Both the position numbers and the translations under genes were made by a program. A stretch of 64,000 bases of DNA from contig JAYZBV010000077.1 of NCBI GenBank assembly GCA_036338595.1, positions 11,319 through 75,318 on the forward strand. Direction: 5' to 3'. Below, piece after piece: positions 48,084 to 58,648 of this stretch; the first letter of the stretch is position 1, and each line of letters opens with the position of its first letter. This DNA is from Planctomycetota bacterium. Its GTDB lineage: Bacteria; Planctomycetota; UBA8108; UBA1146. The notes beneath the pieces are model-generated. The model did not search any database. It was not told the DNA's origin and saw only the letters and a program-made list of their open reading frames with translations.

Positions 48084-50869
48084 GGGGAGCCCTCTTCTTC
48101 ATCCTTGTCGGCGATTCCATCGAGGCGAGATGCCGCTTCGACGGTGGTTCCGGCGAAGGCCCGCTGCCACGGGGACTTCAGCACCGAGAGGGGCTGTTCT
48201 GTGCCCTTGAAGAGCTCGGAAACGATCGCTTCCGACAGTTCTCGTGCGAGGTCCAGGTCATCCGGACTCCACCGAGCGATCTCGATGCGGGTCTCCGCTG
48301 GAGTGGCCGGGAGCAAGCAGAAGCCACTCTCCATCTCGGAGTCGCGGGTCAAGCCATCGATCTCCAGTTGATGGGCAAATTGAAGATAGAGGGGTAACTG
48401 CAGCCTCACCCAGGACTTCATGTTCCTGGTTCCCCTGCGATGGTCCTGATCGGGGGTCTTGCCCGAGTCTCCGGTCTTGTAGTCGAGGAGTCGCCAGCGC
48501 TGAGTCTGTTCGTTGTAGTCGATGCGATCGATACGGCCCGACAGCCCCATTTCTCCGCCGGGTACCACGATGCGACATTTCTTGTGATCCAGTTTGACCT
48601 CTGCGTCGACCAGTCGCCAACCCAGAGCTCGTTGGGTCGCCTGAACGGATGCCCAGGCATCGAGGCGTGCTCTGGCCTGTTCCAGCTGGACCAGCACGGC
48701 GGCTCTGGCGGGGTCTGCGATCCGCTGCGTCCTGTATCGATCGAGCAACTGGTGCAGCGCGTCACGAATCTGGTCCTCGTCGGTCAGTTCTCGAAGGTCG
48801 ACATCCTTGCCATAGTATTCGAGCACCTTGTGGATCAAGGATCCAAAATCTGCATGGTTCAGCTGGCGATCACGGTCGTGGCAATCCTGGAGTCGCAGGA
48901 CCCTGTTCATCTGGAACAGTACGGGATCTTCGATGTAGTCGGAAAATGATGTGACGGCGATGGTATCTGGCGGTGGCAGCAGCACACTGCTCGGCGGGCC
49001 GAGGGAATCAGGACTGTTCGTGACCTGTTCCGGTTCGCGGAGGTGGTAGCGGTGCCTTTTCTTTCGATCCAGAAAGTTGGACAGCCGATCGAGGCCATCC
49101 GTTCCTTGCAGCAACAATCGACTGGGAAGCAGCGGATCGCCTTCACCGCTGCGGGCGCACAGGGCGACGACGGTTTTCCTGCGGCCATCGAGTAACGAGT
49201 GGAGCAGGTGGTTATCCCTGGCACCCACCTCGCGAGGCCCAGGCAGTCCCAGTTCCTGGCGGACACCGTGAGGAAGCAGCGGATCGCCCGATGGCGCCGG
49301 TGAAAGTTGTCCTTCGGTTGCACCGGTGAGCAATAACACATCGGAAGAATCGAAGGAGAGTTCCAGCCAACCGAGCAAGCCGATGGATGAGTTTTGCTGT
49401 CGATCCGGTATCGGAGACTCTTCGAGCAAGTCGATGATCAAGGCGATGGCATCGCTACCAGAGAGCGGATCCTGGTCACGATCCCCGATTCGACTCAACC
49501 TTTCCACGGCAGAGATCAACCCGTCGAGACCCGATGCTGGAAGGGCGGGTTGGGCGGCGTCGCCAGATCCCACCAGATCGAAGAAACACTGTAGAAGTTG
49601 CTGCACCCGGTCGGAACAACTCCCCGTGTCAGCACGCAAAGGCTCGATGGCCTTACCAATGAACTCGACAGCCGGTGGTGCGAGAGGATCACTGGCCAGG
49701 ATCGGTTGCCTCTTCGATGACCAGCGATCGATGGATTCTATGGGAGCGAGTTCCGTGCCGTTCCTGAGTGTCAGTCCGGGCAATCGGATATGGATGGCAG
49801 GGTGTCTGGCCAGCGCCGCCACCGAGCGTCGAGAGAAGGACTCGACAGCGCAGTGGAGGTCTGCCAGCAGTCGCCCGCAGGAGGATTCGGCATGGGGAGT
49901 TCCGGAGGCGATGTGTAGCGGGATCCCCGAGCGGCGAAATCCTTCCAGCAGCCAGGGCGAGAGTTCCTGGTCGAGCAGTCCGATGGTGATCTCATTCTCG
50001 GCAGACTCTGAAGAGTGCTGGTGAATCTGTTGCAGTAACGCCGCAGCGAGTGACCGAGGATCGTCGGTCACGACCAATTCAGCGGGTGCAGGGCCTTCGA
50101 TGGATTCCCACTCGTCGGGGATGGGGCAACCGAACTCGTCATAGCGATGTTGCAGTGCCTCATCTGCATCGATCCACGCCTGGGCCTGGCAATTCTGTTG
50201 CAACCATTGTCGCATCCGCGCCGGAATCTCGAGGATTCCTATCAGCACGATGCGCTGCTCCTGCCTCGCTGGATTCGAGTTGAACTCACCGGTGTCGGTG
50301 AGACCCAGTTCGCGCAGCCTCGCCGAACGGATCGCCTCGATCCGCTCGACGGTACGCAAACGAAGTGCGGCGTTGGGGTCGTTTCGAGCGGTCGTCTCGG
50401 CGGCTTGACCGAGCGTGATCCCTTCTCTGCGCAGGTCGGAGCAGAGGCGCGAGAGCAGCCGTGCCAGGGCCAGCAGCGCAGACGCACCGAGAGCCGCCGA
50501 TTCGAGTCCGATGGTGGCGAGCAGGTCGGGGGGGCAAGATCTGAGCGCCTGGATCCAGGCGATGCGGTCCTCGAGCGCCGTCGCAAACGGCTGGTCGGGA
50601 GCACAGAGCAGTTGTTCCAGATGACCCGGGGTCGTGATGCGAGGGGGCAGCAGCCCGCGCCCGAGGGCGTCGGCGTGTTGCACCAGGACTCGCCTCAATC
50701 GCCTTCCCGCCTGGCGTCCAGGAACCACCACGATCAGTTCTCTGAGGTCGAAGGGGCAGCCGCTGGCGGATGGTGGTGCAGATTCGAGAATCTTGGCGGC
50801 GGCGCACTCCAGTGCGTCATCTTCGGTTCCCAGGAAAATACGATTCAAACTGACAATCTCCTCGCCCAC
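48080..50869 (-). CDS. addB: AddB-like subunit: inactivated helicase with a PD-(D/E)XK nuclease domain
   Basis: C-terminal FGSLIHKVLE, GRIDRID, LLDYKTG and LQLPLY; stop overlaps the addA start. Confidence 0.8.
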   Translation of the reverse strand: MGEEIVSLNRIFLGTEDDALECAAAKILESAPPSASGCPFDLRELIVVVPGRQAGRRLRRVLVQHADALGRGLLPPRITTPGHLEQLLCAPDQPFATALEDRIAWIQALRSCPPDLLATIGLESAALGASALLALARLLSRLCSDLRREGITLGQAAETTARNDPNAALRLRTVERIEAIRSARLRELGLTDTGEFNSNPARQEQRIVLIGILEIPARMRQWLQQNCQAQAWIDADEALQHRYDEFGCPIPDEWESIEGPAPAELVVTDDPRSLAAALLQQIHQHSSESAENEITIGLLDQELSPWLLEGFRRSGIPLHIASGTPHAESSCGRLLADLHCAVESFSRRSVAALARHPAIHIRLPGLTLRNGTELAPIESIDRWSSKRQPILASDPLAPPAVEFIGKAIEPLRADTGSCSDRVQQLLQCFFDLVGSGDAAQPALPASGLDGLISAVERLSRIGDRDQDPLSGSDAIALIIDLLEESPIPDRQQNSSIGLLGWLELSFDSSDVLLLTGATEGQLSPAPSGDPLLPHGVRQELGLPGPREVGARDNHLLHSLLDGRRKTVVALCARSGEGDPLLPSRLLLQGTDGLDRLSNFLDRKKRHRYHLREPEQVTNSPDSLGPPSSVLLPPPDTIAVTSFSDYIEDPVLFQMNRVLRLQDCHDRDRQLNHADFGSLIHKVLEYYGKDVDLRELTDEDQIRDALHQLLDRYRTQRIADPARAAVLVQLEQARARLDAWASVQATQRALGWRLVDAEVKLDHKKCRIVVPGGEMGLSGRIDRIDYNEQTQRWRLLDYKTGDSGKTPDQDHRRGTRNMKSWVRLQLPLYLQFAHQLEIDGLTRDSEMESGFCLLPATPAETRIEIARWSPDDLDLARELSEAIVSELFKGTEQPLSVLKSPWQRAFAGTTVEAASRLDGIADKDEEEGSP

Positions 50870-50970
50870 CGTCGATTTGGTGTCTCTGGGCCACCCTGAG
50901 GCCTGAAGAAGTCCAGGTCAACCCGGGGTGAGTCGTGGCCCGGGACGGTCCCGGCAGTTAGATTCACAAC

Positions 50971-52497
50971 ATGGATTCCCGCAATGACCGCTCCTATGGA
51001 TTCGTCATCGACAATCGGCGCTGCATCGGTTGCCACGCATGCACGGTCGCCTGCAAGACGGAGCATTCGGATCCGGTCGGGGTCAACAAGACCTGGGTGC
51101 AGTATCTGGAGCAGGGAGTGCATCCTCGTGCCGAGCGCTCCTTCCATGTCCTGCGATGTAACCACTGTGAGAATGCCCCCTGTGTCGAGATCTGTCCCAC
51201 TGCGAGCCTGACGGTGCGCAAGGACGCGATCGTCGATTTTGACTCGAGCCGCTGTATCGGCTGCAAGGCCTGCATGCAGGCGTGCCCCTACGATGCCATC
51301 GACATCCATCCGGAAACGGGTACGGCGACCAAGTGCAACTACTGTTCTCACCGGGTCGATGCAGGTCGGGAGCCCGCCTGCGCAGTGGTCTGTCCGACCA
51401 ACGCCATCATCACCGGTGATCTGGCTGATTCAGGTAGCCGGATCGCACGTCTCGTGGCCGGGCAACCGACGATGGTCCGGAAACCAGAGAAGGGGACCGG
51501 TCCCAAGGTGCATTACATCGAGGGGCATCGAGAGGCCCTCGATCCACTGGCGAGCCAGCGCAGCGTCCGCACCCTCTGGGGCGAGCGGCCACGCGATGCC
51601 ACCGATCCTCCCGAAGGAATGGAGCCGGCACTTCAACGCGGGGCTCCCCATCGAACCTACGATATCCATCAACGGCACGCCGCCAGCTGGGGCTGGAAGG
51701 TGAGTGCCTACCTGTGGACCAAGTCGATCGCTGCGGGTGCGGTGATGGTACCGGCGATGTTGGTGCCGTTTCGAGCGCCGTCACTCATCGATGAATCGAT
51801 CGATCTCGGGTGGATCGTTGCGCTGCTCTTCCTTGCCGTCACCGGAGTGCTACTGGTCTCCGATCTCAAACGTCCGGAGCGATTTCTCTGGGTGTTACTG
51901 CGGCCGCAGTGGTCCTCATGGCTGGTGAGAGGTGCCTACGGGATCACCTTCTTCGGGGGTGTGGTGACACTCGGTTGGTGGCACGGAGATCCCACCGATT
52001 CGTGGCTGGGGTTGCTGCTGCTATCGCTGGGCGGTCTCGGTGGAACCTTCGTGGCGATCTATACCGGCTGGCTCTTTGGTCAGGCAAAGGGACGTGATCT
52101 GTGGCAGTCGGCATGGTCGCCGATTCACCTGGGATTCCAGGCACTGGTCGCCGGTGCTGCTGTGCTCTTGCTGATCCGTCCCGTGGCACTGAGCGACTTG
52201 CATGGTGTACTTGCCATCGCGCTTCTGATCGAACTGCCTTTCATCTTGCTCGAGGTATTCGGTAAGCACTCGACCGAGGCCGCACGTGTTGCCGCGCGCT
52301 CGATGACGCGGGGAGCGAGAGGATGGTGGCTCCTGGGTGGGGCGATCGGTGTCGGGAGAATCGTGCCACTGATTCTGCTGTGGGCAATACCGGCAGGAGA
52401 GCTGGCACATATCGTGTCTGGAGCGCTGGCACTCGTGGGCATCGCCATCTGGGAACATCTATGGGTAGAGGCGCCTCAGCGTCTCCCGTTGGCCTGA
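50971..52497 (+). CDS. Fusion of a 4x[4Fe-4S] electron-transfer subunit and an NrfD/PsrC-type membrane anchor
   Basis: CIGCHACTVAC, CNHCENAPC..ICP, CIGCKACMQACP and KCNYC...PAC..VCP, followed by multiple TM helices including DLKRPERF. Confidence 0.9.
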   Translation: MDSRNDRSYGFVIDNRRCIGCHACTVACKTEHSDPVGVNKTWVQYLEQGVHPRAERSFHVLRCNHCENAPCVEICPTASLTVRKDAIVDFDSSRCIGCKACMQACPYDAIDIHPETGTATKCNYCSHRVDAGREPACAVVCPTNAIITGDLADSGSRIARLVAGQPTMVRKPEKGTGPKVHYIEGHREALDPLASQRSVRTLWGERPRDATDPPEGMEPALQRGAPHRTYDIHQRHAASWGWKVSAYLWTKSIAAGAVMVPAMLVPFRAPSLIDESIDLGWIVALLFLAVTGVLLVSDLKRPERFLWVLLRPQWSSWLVRGAYGITFFGGVVTLGWWHGDPTDSWLGLLLLSLGGLGGTFVAIYTGWLFGQAKGRDLWQSAWSPIHLGFQALVAGAAVLLLIRPVALSDLHGVLAIALLIELPFILLEVFGKHSTEAARVAARSMTRGARGWWLLGGAIGVGRIVPLILLWAIPAGELAHIVSGALALVGIAIWEHLWVEAPQRLPLA

Positions 52498-52505
52498 GGA
52501 GCGAT

Positions 52506-55349
52506 ATGAGTTCAAAGCGGAACTGGATCGAGAAGGTTGCCGTCGAGATGGGGCTGGTGCCGAGGCAAAAGAAGTCGGTTCCGCCATCTCGCTACGGCGA
52601 GGATCTCCAGGACTACCCGCCCTTCGATCGCTGGCTCGAGGTGGAGGAACTGGATGCCTCACGGCGTTCACGTCGCATGGCGATGATTCCGACCACCTGT
52701 TTCAACTGCGAGGCGGGCTGTGGGCTGCTCGCCACCATCGATGTCAACGAGGAGAAGGTCGTCCGAATCGAGGGCAATCCGCTGCATCCGGGAAGTCGCG
52801 GCCGAAACTGTGCCAAGGGGCCGGCGACTCTCAATCAGATCAACGATCCGGAGCGAATCCTGCAACCGATGGTTCGAAAGGGGGGGCGTGGAGAGGGTGA
52901 ATTTGAACCAATCTCCTGGGATGAGGCTCTCGACACCATCGCCGGGAAGATACGAGGCTTGCTTCAGGAGCAGCGACATGACGAGGTGATGTATCACGTC
53001 GGACGCCCCGGACATGAAGGGTCGATGGAGCGGGTGCTGCAAGCGTGGGGAGTCGACGGGCACAACAGTCATACCACGGTTTGCTCCGCGTCGGCTCGTT
53101 GTGGCTACCAGTTGACGTGGGGCTACGATCGACCGGCTCCCGACCATGAGAACGCCCAGTTGATCCTGCTGATCAGTGCTCATCTCGAGTCGGGGCACTA
53201 CTTCAATCCACACGCTCAGAGAATCATCGAGGCGAAGCAGAGAGGTGCCCGGATCATCGTGCTCGATCCACGCCTCTCGAACACCGCAGCCAAGGCCGAT
53301 CTATGGCTTGCCACGCGTCCCGGAACCGAAGGGGCTGTACTGCTTGCAGTACTGAGACTGCTGGTCGTGGAGGGTAAGATCGATCTCGAATTTGTCGAGA
53401 ACTGGATCGACTGGCGCGGATACATGCAGGAGTTGCATCCGTCCGACTCCCCGACGCTGGATCGATTTCTGGAGCGATTTGCCGAGCACCTCGACGAGTG
53501 GACACCAGCGATGGCCGAAGAACTTTCCGGTGTCGAGGCAGGTAGCATTCGAGCACTCGCAGACGAGATCGAACGAGCGGGACCGAGGATGGCTTGCCAC
53601 ATCTGGAGAAGTGCGGCCAGCGGCAACCTCGGGGGGTGGCAGATCGCGCGCTCGCTGGCGCTGCTGACCGCATTCACGGGCGCTCTGGGACAGGAGGGTG
53701 GCACATCGCCAGCCGGCTGGAACAAGATGAAACCCGCCTTCTTCTCCAACCCGGAGCACGGTAAGCGATGGAACGAGTTGATCTGGCCGAGACAGTATCC
53801 GACATCGTTCTACGAGATGAGTCATCTGCTTCCGCACCTGATAGAGGATGGAATCGGCAAGATCGGAGTGTACTTCACACGTGTTTTCAATCCTGTCTGG
53901 ACCTTCCCGGATGGGATGTCATGGATGCGGATGCTCAGAGATGAGGAAAAGGTCGGGCTTCACATCGCCATGACTCCGACCTGGAACGAGACCGCCCTGT
54001 TTGCAGATCTTGTCCTGCCGATGGGCCACTCCACCGAACGACACGATATCCAGAGTCAGGAGACGCACGCAGGGCGCTGGATCTCCTTCCGGCAGCCTGT
54101 TCTCAGGACCCTCGCCAGGTTGCAAGGAAAACCGACCGAGGACACTCGAGAATCCAACCCGGGAGAGGTCTGGGAAGAGGATGAGTTCTGGATCGAGTTG
54201 TCGTGGCGAATCGACCCGGATGGAGATCTGGGGATTCGCAAGCACTTCGAGTCTCCCTACAGGAGTGGCGAAAAGATCACGGTAGAGGAGCAGTACAGGT
54301 ACATGTTCGAGAACGACATCCCTGGACTACCCGAGAAGGCCGCCGAGATGGGGATGGAGCCCTTCGAATACATGTCCCGGGTGGGTGCCTTTGAACTGCC
54401 ACAAGGAACCCTGCGTCTCCACGAGAAACGGGTCGAGGTTGCCGAGGGCTCCAGCGTGGTCGTGGATCCAACCACCTCCGTCGCCACCATCGATGGCAAG
54501 GTCGTCGGGGTGGCCGTGGATGGTGCGATCCGCGAGGGCTTTCCGACCCGAAGCCGAAGGATCGAGGTTTTCTCGAGTCTATTGAAGGAGTGGGGCTTCG
54601 CAGACATGGCTCTGCCTGCAGCACCGATGAGTCATGTTGGACCCGATCAGCTCGATCCTGATGGTGGCACTTTCGTGCTGGTACCGACCTTTCGGCTGCC
54701 GACGATGATTCACTCAAGATCTGCCAACTCGAAGCACCTGATGGAGATTTCACACGCAAATCCCGTCTGGATTCACCCGGATGATGCGGATCATCACGGC
54801 ATCGAAGATGGATCGCTGGTGAGGATCGAGACCGAGATCGGTCATTTTGTCAATCGGGCTCGGGTCACCGACGGACTCCGGCCGGGAGTGTTGGCCTGCT
54901 CTCATCACATGGGGCGCTGGAAGCCAGAAAGTGCGTCGGAGATGCGGTGGAACTGTGCAACGGTCCGCTTCGAGGACCTTCCCGATGGTCGTATCCGGAT
55001 GCGCCAGGTGCTCGACGCGGCACCCTTCGTCAGCAAAGACCCGGATAACGAGCGGACCTGGTGGCAAGAATCCGGGGTCCATCAGAACATGGCATTCGGG
55101 GTTCAGACCGATCCGGTCTCGGGGATGCACTGCTGGCATCAGAAGGTGCGACTCGCCCGTGCAGATGCCACCGATCAGTATGCCGATGTGGTGGTAGATA
55201 CAGCCAAGTCGAGAGAAGTGCATCGTCGGTGGCTCGCCCTGGCGCGTCCGGCAAGCCCCCAGCAGCATGGCGGATTGCGGAGGCCACCCGAATTGCCGAG
55301 ACCGCTGGCTCGTGATCCAGAGGCCTATTACTTCGAGGAAGAACAGTAG
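52506..55349 (+). CDS. Mo/W-bisPGD oxidoreductase catalytic subunit (DMSO reductase superfamily)
   Basis: TTCFNCEAGC...NCAKG Fe-S motif, ISWDEAL, HNSHTTVCSAS, DPRLSNTAAKAD, ETALFADLVLP and IHSRS..NPVWIHPDDA. Confidence 0.9.
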   Translation: MSSKRNWIEKVAVEMGLVPRQKKSVPPSRYGEDLQDYPPFDRWLEVEELDASRRSRRMAMIPTTCFNCEAGCGLLATIDVNEEKVVRIEGNPLHPGSRGRNCAKGPATLNQINDPERILQPMVRKGGRGEGEFEPISWDEALDTIAGKIRGLLQEQRHDEVMYHVGRPGHEGSMERVLQAWGVDGHNSHTTVCSASARCGYQLTWGYDRPAPDHENAQLILLISAHLESGHYFNPHAQRIIEAKQRGARIIVLDPRLSNTAAKADLWLATRPGTEGAVLLAVLRLLVVEGKIDLEFVENWIDWRGYMQELHPSDSPTLDRFLERFAEHLDEWTPAMAEELSGVEAGSIRALADEIERAGPRMACHIWRSAASGNLGGWQIARSLALLTAFTGALGQEGGTSPAGWNKMKPAFFSNPEHGKRWNELIWPRQYPTSFYEMSHLLPHLIEDGIGKIGVYFTRVFNPVWTFPDGMSWMRMLRDEEKVGLHIAMTPTWNETALFADLVLPMGHSTERHDIQSQETHAGRWISFRQPVLRTLARLQGKPTEDTRESNPGEVWEEDEFWIELSWRIDPDGDLGIRKHFESPYRSGEKITVEEQYRYMFENDIPGLPEKAAEMGMEPFEYMSRVGAFELPQGTLRLHEKRVEVAEGSSVVVDPTTSVATIDGKVVGVAVDGAIREGFPTRSRRIEVFSSLLKEWGFADMALPAAPMSHVGPDQLDPDGGTFVLVPTFRLPTMIHSRSANSKHLMEISHANPVWIHPDDADHHGIEDGSLVRIETEIGHFVNRARVTDGLRPGVLACSHHMGRWKPESASEMRWNCATVRFEDLPDGRIRMRQVLDAAPFVSKDPDNERTWWQESGVHQNMAFGVQTDPVSGMHCWHQKVRLARADATDQYADVVVDTAKSREVHRRWLALARPASPQQHGGLRRPPELPRPLARDPEAYYFEEEQ

Positions 55350-55418
55350 GATCGGCAGGATGCCATCCGGCCCGGAAACGACCGAGACCGAATACAGGGG
55401 ATGAAGGGGAGCGAGTCG

Positions 55419-56027
55419 ATGTCATTTCTCAACGGCCTACCGCTGGTTCGTGAAACCCCCCGGGAGTGGGCGTCCTTGGCGTGTGAGCAACTCGACGAGG
55501 TATTGAGGGATCATGCATGGTGCGAGTTCAAGGCGGCCAGTGCCGGACTCGGCATGATCTCCCGCTTCCCGGAGCAGGACTTTCTGTGTCGCCCGATGAT
55601 CGCTCTCGCACAGGAAGAGATACTGCATTTCAGGCAGGTTACAGACCTGCTGCGCGAGCGAGGAGTGGCGCTCGGCGCTCCGGAGCCCGACAAATATGTG
55701 CGACGTCTCAGAAGTGTGGTGTGCGCCAAGGGGCAAGGGCTGGGAGATCTGGGTGATCATCTGATTCTGAACGCATTTGTCGAGGCGCGCAGTTGTGAGC
55801 GCTTCCGAGTGCTGGCGGCAGCGCTCGATGGCGACGACAGCGAGGAACAAGAACTGGCACGCTTCTATCAAAGGCTCGCCGATGCAGAGGGTCGCCACTG
55901 GGAGACCTTTCGCGATCTTGCCATGGAGGTGTGTGCTCCCGATCAGGTCGAGCGCAGAATCGTCGAGGTCGCCCACCTGGAAGCGGATCTGATGGTACAG
56001 CATCCGATCGAAGCCAGGATGCACTAG
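55419..56027 (+). CDS. miaE: tRNA-(ms2io6A37) hydroxylase
   Basis: DHAWCEFKAA, LAQEEILHF, EARSCERF, EGRH and RMH C-terminus. ORF is open from 55401. Confidence 0.9.
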   Translation: MSFLNGLPLVRETPREWASLACEQLDEVLRDHAWCEFKAASAGLGMISRFPEQDFLCRPMIALAQEEILHFRQVTDLLRERGVALGAPEPDKYVRRLRSVVCAKGQGLGDLGDHLILNAFVEARSCERFRVLAAALDGDDSEEQELARFYQRLADAEGRHWETFRDLAMEVCAPDQVERRIVEVAHLEADLMVQHPIEARMH

Positions 56028-56035
56028 GAGAGACG

Positions 56036-56710
56036 ATGTCCCGAAGCATCATCGTGACCGGATGTAGCCGCGGTATAGGAGCGGCCCTCATCTCCGAGTT
56101 CAGTCATCGCGGATTTGATGTCGCTGGCTGTTCCCGTAGCGAGGAATCGATGAGCCAACTCGGTTCAGATCCACGATTTCGATGCGTCGATGTCACCGAT
56201 GACGGTCAGGTCGCTCGCTGGTCGAAGGACCTGCTGGGTGCCGGAATGTCACCTGATCTGATCATTGCAAACGCTGGAGTGATCAACGAGCCCGGTCCGT
56301 TCTGGGATGTCGATGCAGCACAGTTTGACGCTGTCATCGATGTGAATGTGAAAGGGGTGGCGAATACAGCGAGGGCCTTTCTGCCGCAGATGATGGAACA
56401 GGGGCGAGGCACCTTCGTGGCGCTCTCTTCCGGTTGGGGACGATCCACATCTGCAGGAGTCGCTCCTTACTGTGCATCGAAGTTCGCGGTCGAGGGATTG
56501 ATCGGTGCTCTCTCGCAGGATCTCCCTTCGGGGCTCTGCGCGGTGACACTGTCTCCGGGTGTGGTCGATACCCGGATGCTGGCGACGGCGTTCGGAGCAC
56601 GGGAGGCGAACCAGGCGATCGATCCTGACCTCTGGGCGAAACCAGCCGTCGATTACCTGCTGTCGCTGTCGCCTGCAGAGAATGGTCAGAGCCTCACCTT
56701 CTCGAGGTGA
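56036..56710 (+). CDS. SDR family oxidoreductase
   Basis: VTGCSRGIG, ANAGV, SSG and YCASK. Confidence 0.9.
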   Translation: MSRSIIVTGCSRGIGAALISEFSHRGFDVAGCSRSEESMSQLGSDPRFRCVDVTDDGQVARWSKDLLGAGMSPDLIIANAGVINEPGPFWDVDAAQFDAVIDVNVKGVANTARAFLPQMMEQGRGTFVALSSGWGRSTSAGVAPYCASKFAVEGLIGALSQDLPSGLCAVTLSPGVVDTRMLATAFGAREANQAIDPDLWAKPAVDYLLSLSPAENGQSLTFSR

Positions 56711-56725
56711 TCTGCACCGGGGTGT

Positions 56726-58567
56726 TCATTCCTCCGATACAGCAGCATCCGTTCGTTCCAGGATCTCCAGTTGAGCGGCGATCCAGCTCTCCATACGATC
56801 CCGGAGGATATCGAGCGGCATCGATCCTTCCGCCAGCAGATGATCGTGAAAGTGACGAATATTGAACTGGCTGCCCAGTTGGGTGCGCGCACTTCGAACC
56901 AGCCCCTGGATCTCCAGCTCTCCGATCTTGTAGGCGAGAGCCTGTCCCGGCCAGGAGATGTATCGATCCACCTCGGCCTCGATGTTCTTACGAGTCAACG
57001 CAGAGTTTTCCAGCATCACATCGATCGCCTGTTTGCGAGACCAACCCAGTTCATGGATTCCGGTATCGACGACCAGCCGCAGCGCTCGCCACATCTCGTA
57101 GGAGAGCTGGCCGAATCGTGAATAGGGATCCTGGTAGAAGCCCATCGCCTCGCCGAGAGATTCGGAGTAGAGCCCCCAGCCTTCGATGTATGCCGTGAAA
57201 TGAGTCGTGGTTCTCCAGCGGGGTAGATCTTCCAGTTCGTTCTGCAGTGCCAGTTGAAGGTGATGGCCAGGAACAGCCTCATGCAACGCCAGTGCTTCCA
57301 TCTCGTAGATGGGACGACTTCGCAGGTCGAAGGTGTTGGCATAGAACCAACCGGGCTGGCTTCCATCGGGTGGAGGAGACCTGTAATAGGCGGTGGTGGA
57401 TCGTGGGGCCTCAAAGTCAGGGATCGGACGCACTCCATAGGGAGCCCTGGGCAATTTTCCAAAAAGTCGCGGCAGCATCGCATCCGCACGCTTGCAGATA
57501 TCCCGATATCCACGCAGCAGATCGGCGGGATCATCGTGATAAAAACTCGGGTCGGTGCGTAGATGGTGAACGAAGGCAGCGAAGTCACCCTCGAAACCGA
57601 CTTCGGTGATGATCCGTTCCATCGCGGCCCGGATCCTGGCGACCTCGAGTTGGCCCTTCTTGTGGATCTGCTGAGCACCGAGATGGGTAGTGGTATGGCG
57701 ACGGATGCAGTGTCCGTAATAGTCATTGCCGGTCGGGTAGTAAAGGCACGCGAAAGTACTCCTGGCCAGGGGGATGTACTCCGTTTCGAGATATTCCTTC
57801 AACTTCTTGAGGGCGGGCTGAACCTGATCGCGGATGATCTCGGTGGCTTGCTTTCGCAAGGTGATGCGGTCTTCTTCGGCGATGCCGGGTGGTATCGAGC
57901 GAAACGGATCGAAGAAGAGGGTCGCTTCCACATCTGGTTCGATCTGAGAAGAGAGCTGCTCGGTCACTCCCTGAAGGGTCACCTGTGGCGGTACAAATCC
58001 AAGTTCGGTTCCCTTGCGCAACATCTGCTCTGTTTCTGCGAGCACACGGGGAGCCTGTTGCAGCCGTGAGAGGTACGCCTGGTAGTCTCTGGCATCGTCA
58101 AAGGTCATCTGACTCGCCAGCATCGGAAGCCAGACCTGGGGACCTCTTCGTTGATTGATGGGGGTGTATTGCAATCCGATCCGGATCCCCTCGATGTGGG
58201 TTTCCAGCATCCGGATCAACATCTGAGCCTGCTGCCTCGCACCCGAGGAGATGGTCGTCAGGTCGAGGGCGCGGATGTTCTGCAGGATCATGTAAGTGAA
58301 ATCCAGGTCATGCTGGATCTGCCCTGGACCTCCTCGAGGTAACAGGAAATCCGCCTCCGCGACACCATGGCGAGAAGCCAACAGCGGGTTATCGGCGAGC
58401 AATCCTTCCCAGTAACGCTGGTAGATCTGATCGAGTGCCGTGAGCGTGACCTTCCCTGCGTCGGCGGGAGTTGCATCTTGCCCGGCCGGAGCACCTTGAA
58501 CCGTGGCATGAGAGAGGGGCAGCCAGCAGCACAGAATCAGAAGGACTCGTGAGAATTGCATCATCAT
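56726..58567 (-). CDS. DUF885 family secreted protein
   Basis: Signal peptide; HEAVPGHHLQ, EGWGLYSE, RALRLVVDTGIH and PGQALAYKIG. Confidence 0.92.
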   Translation of the reverse strand: MMMQFSRVLLILCCWLPLSHATVQGAPAGQDATPADAGKVTLTALDQIYQRYWEGLLADNPLLASRHGVAEADFLLPRGGPGQIQHDLDFTYMILQNIRALDLTTISSGARQQAQMLIRMLETHIEGIRIGLQYTPINQRRGPQVWLPMLASQMTFDDARDYQAYLSRLQQAPRVLAETEQMLRKGTELGFVPPQVTLQGVTEQLSSQIEPDVEATLFFDPFRSIPPGIAEEDRITLRKQATEIIRDQVQPALKKLKEYLETEYIPLARSTFACLYYPTGNDYYGHCIRRHTTTHLGAQQIHKKGQLEVARIRAAMERIITEVGFEGDFAAFVHHLRTDPSFYHDDPADLLRGYRDICKRADAMLPRLFGKLPRAPYGVRPIPDFEAPRSTTAYYRSPPPDGSQPGWFYANTFDLRSRPIYEMEALALHEAVPGHHLQLALQNELEDLPRWRTTTHFTAYIEGWGLYSESLGEAMGFYQDPYSRFGQLSYEMWRALRLVVDTGIHELGWSRKQAIDVMLENSALTRKNIEAEVDRYISWPGQALAYKIGELEIQGLVRSARTQLGSQFNIRHFHDHLLAEGSMPLDILRDRMESWIAAQLEILERTDAAVSEE

Positions 58568-58648
58568 CTGTACCTTCCTTGCGGGGCTCTTCGAATCGGT
58601 TGCTACCCAGGGTACACGCTGCGGTCCCAGGTGGAATCATGGCAACGG

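Noticed and set aside
44970..50869. Helicase-nuclease pair as an anti-phage defence system
   Set aside because: The architecture and order match housekeeping AddAB recombination genes, and there is no defence-island context.
52660..52680. SRRSRR as a Tat motif in the molybdoenzyme
   Set aside because: It lies about 50 residues in, has no following hydrophobic region, and runs straight into the Fe-S motif.
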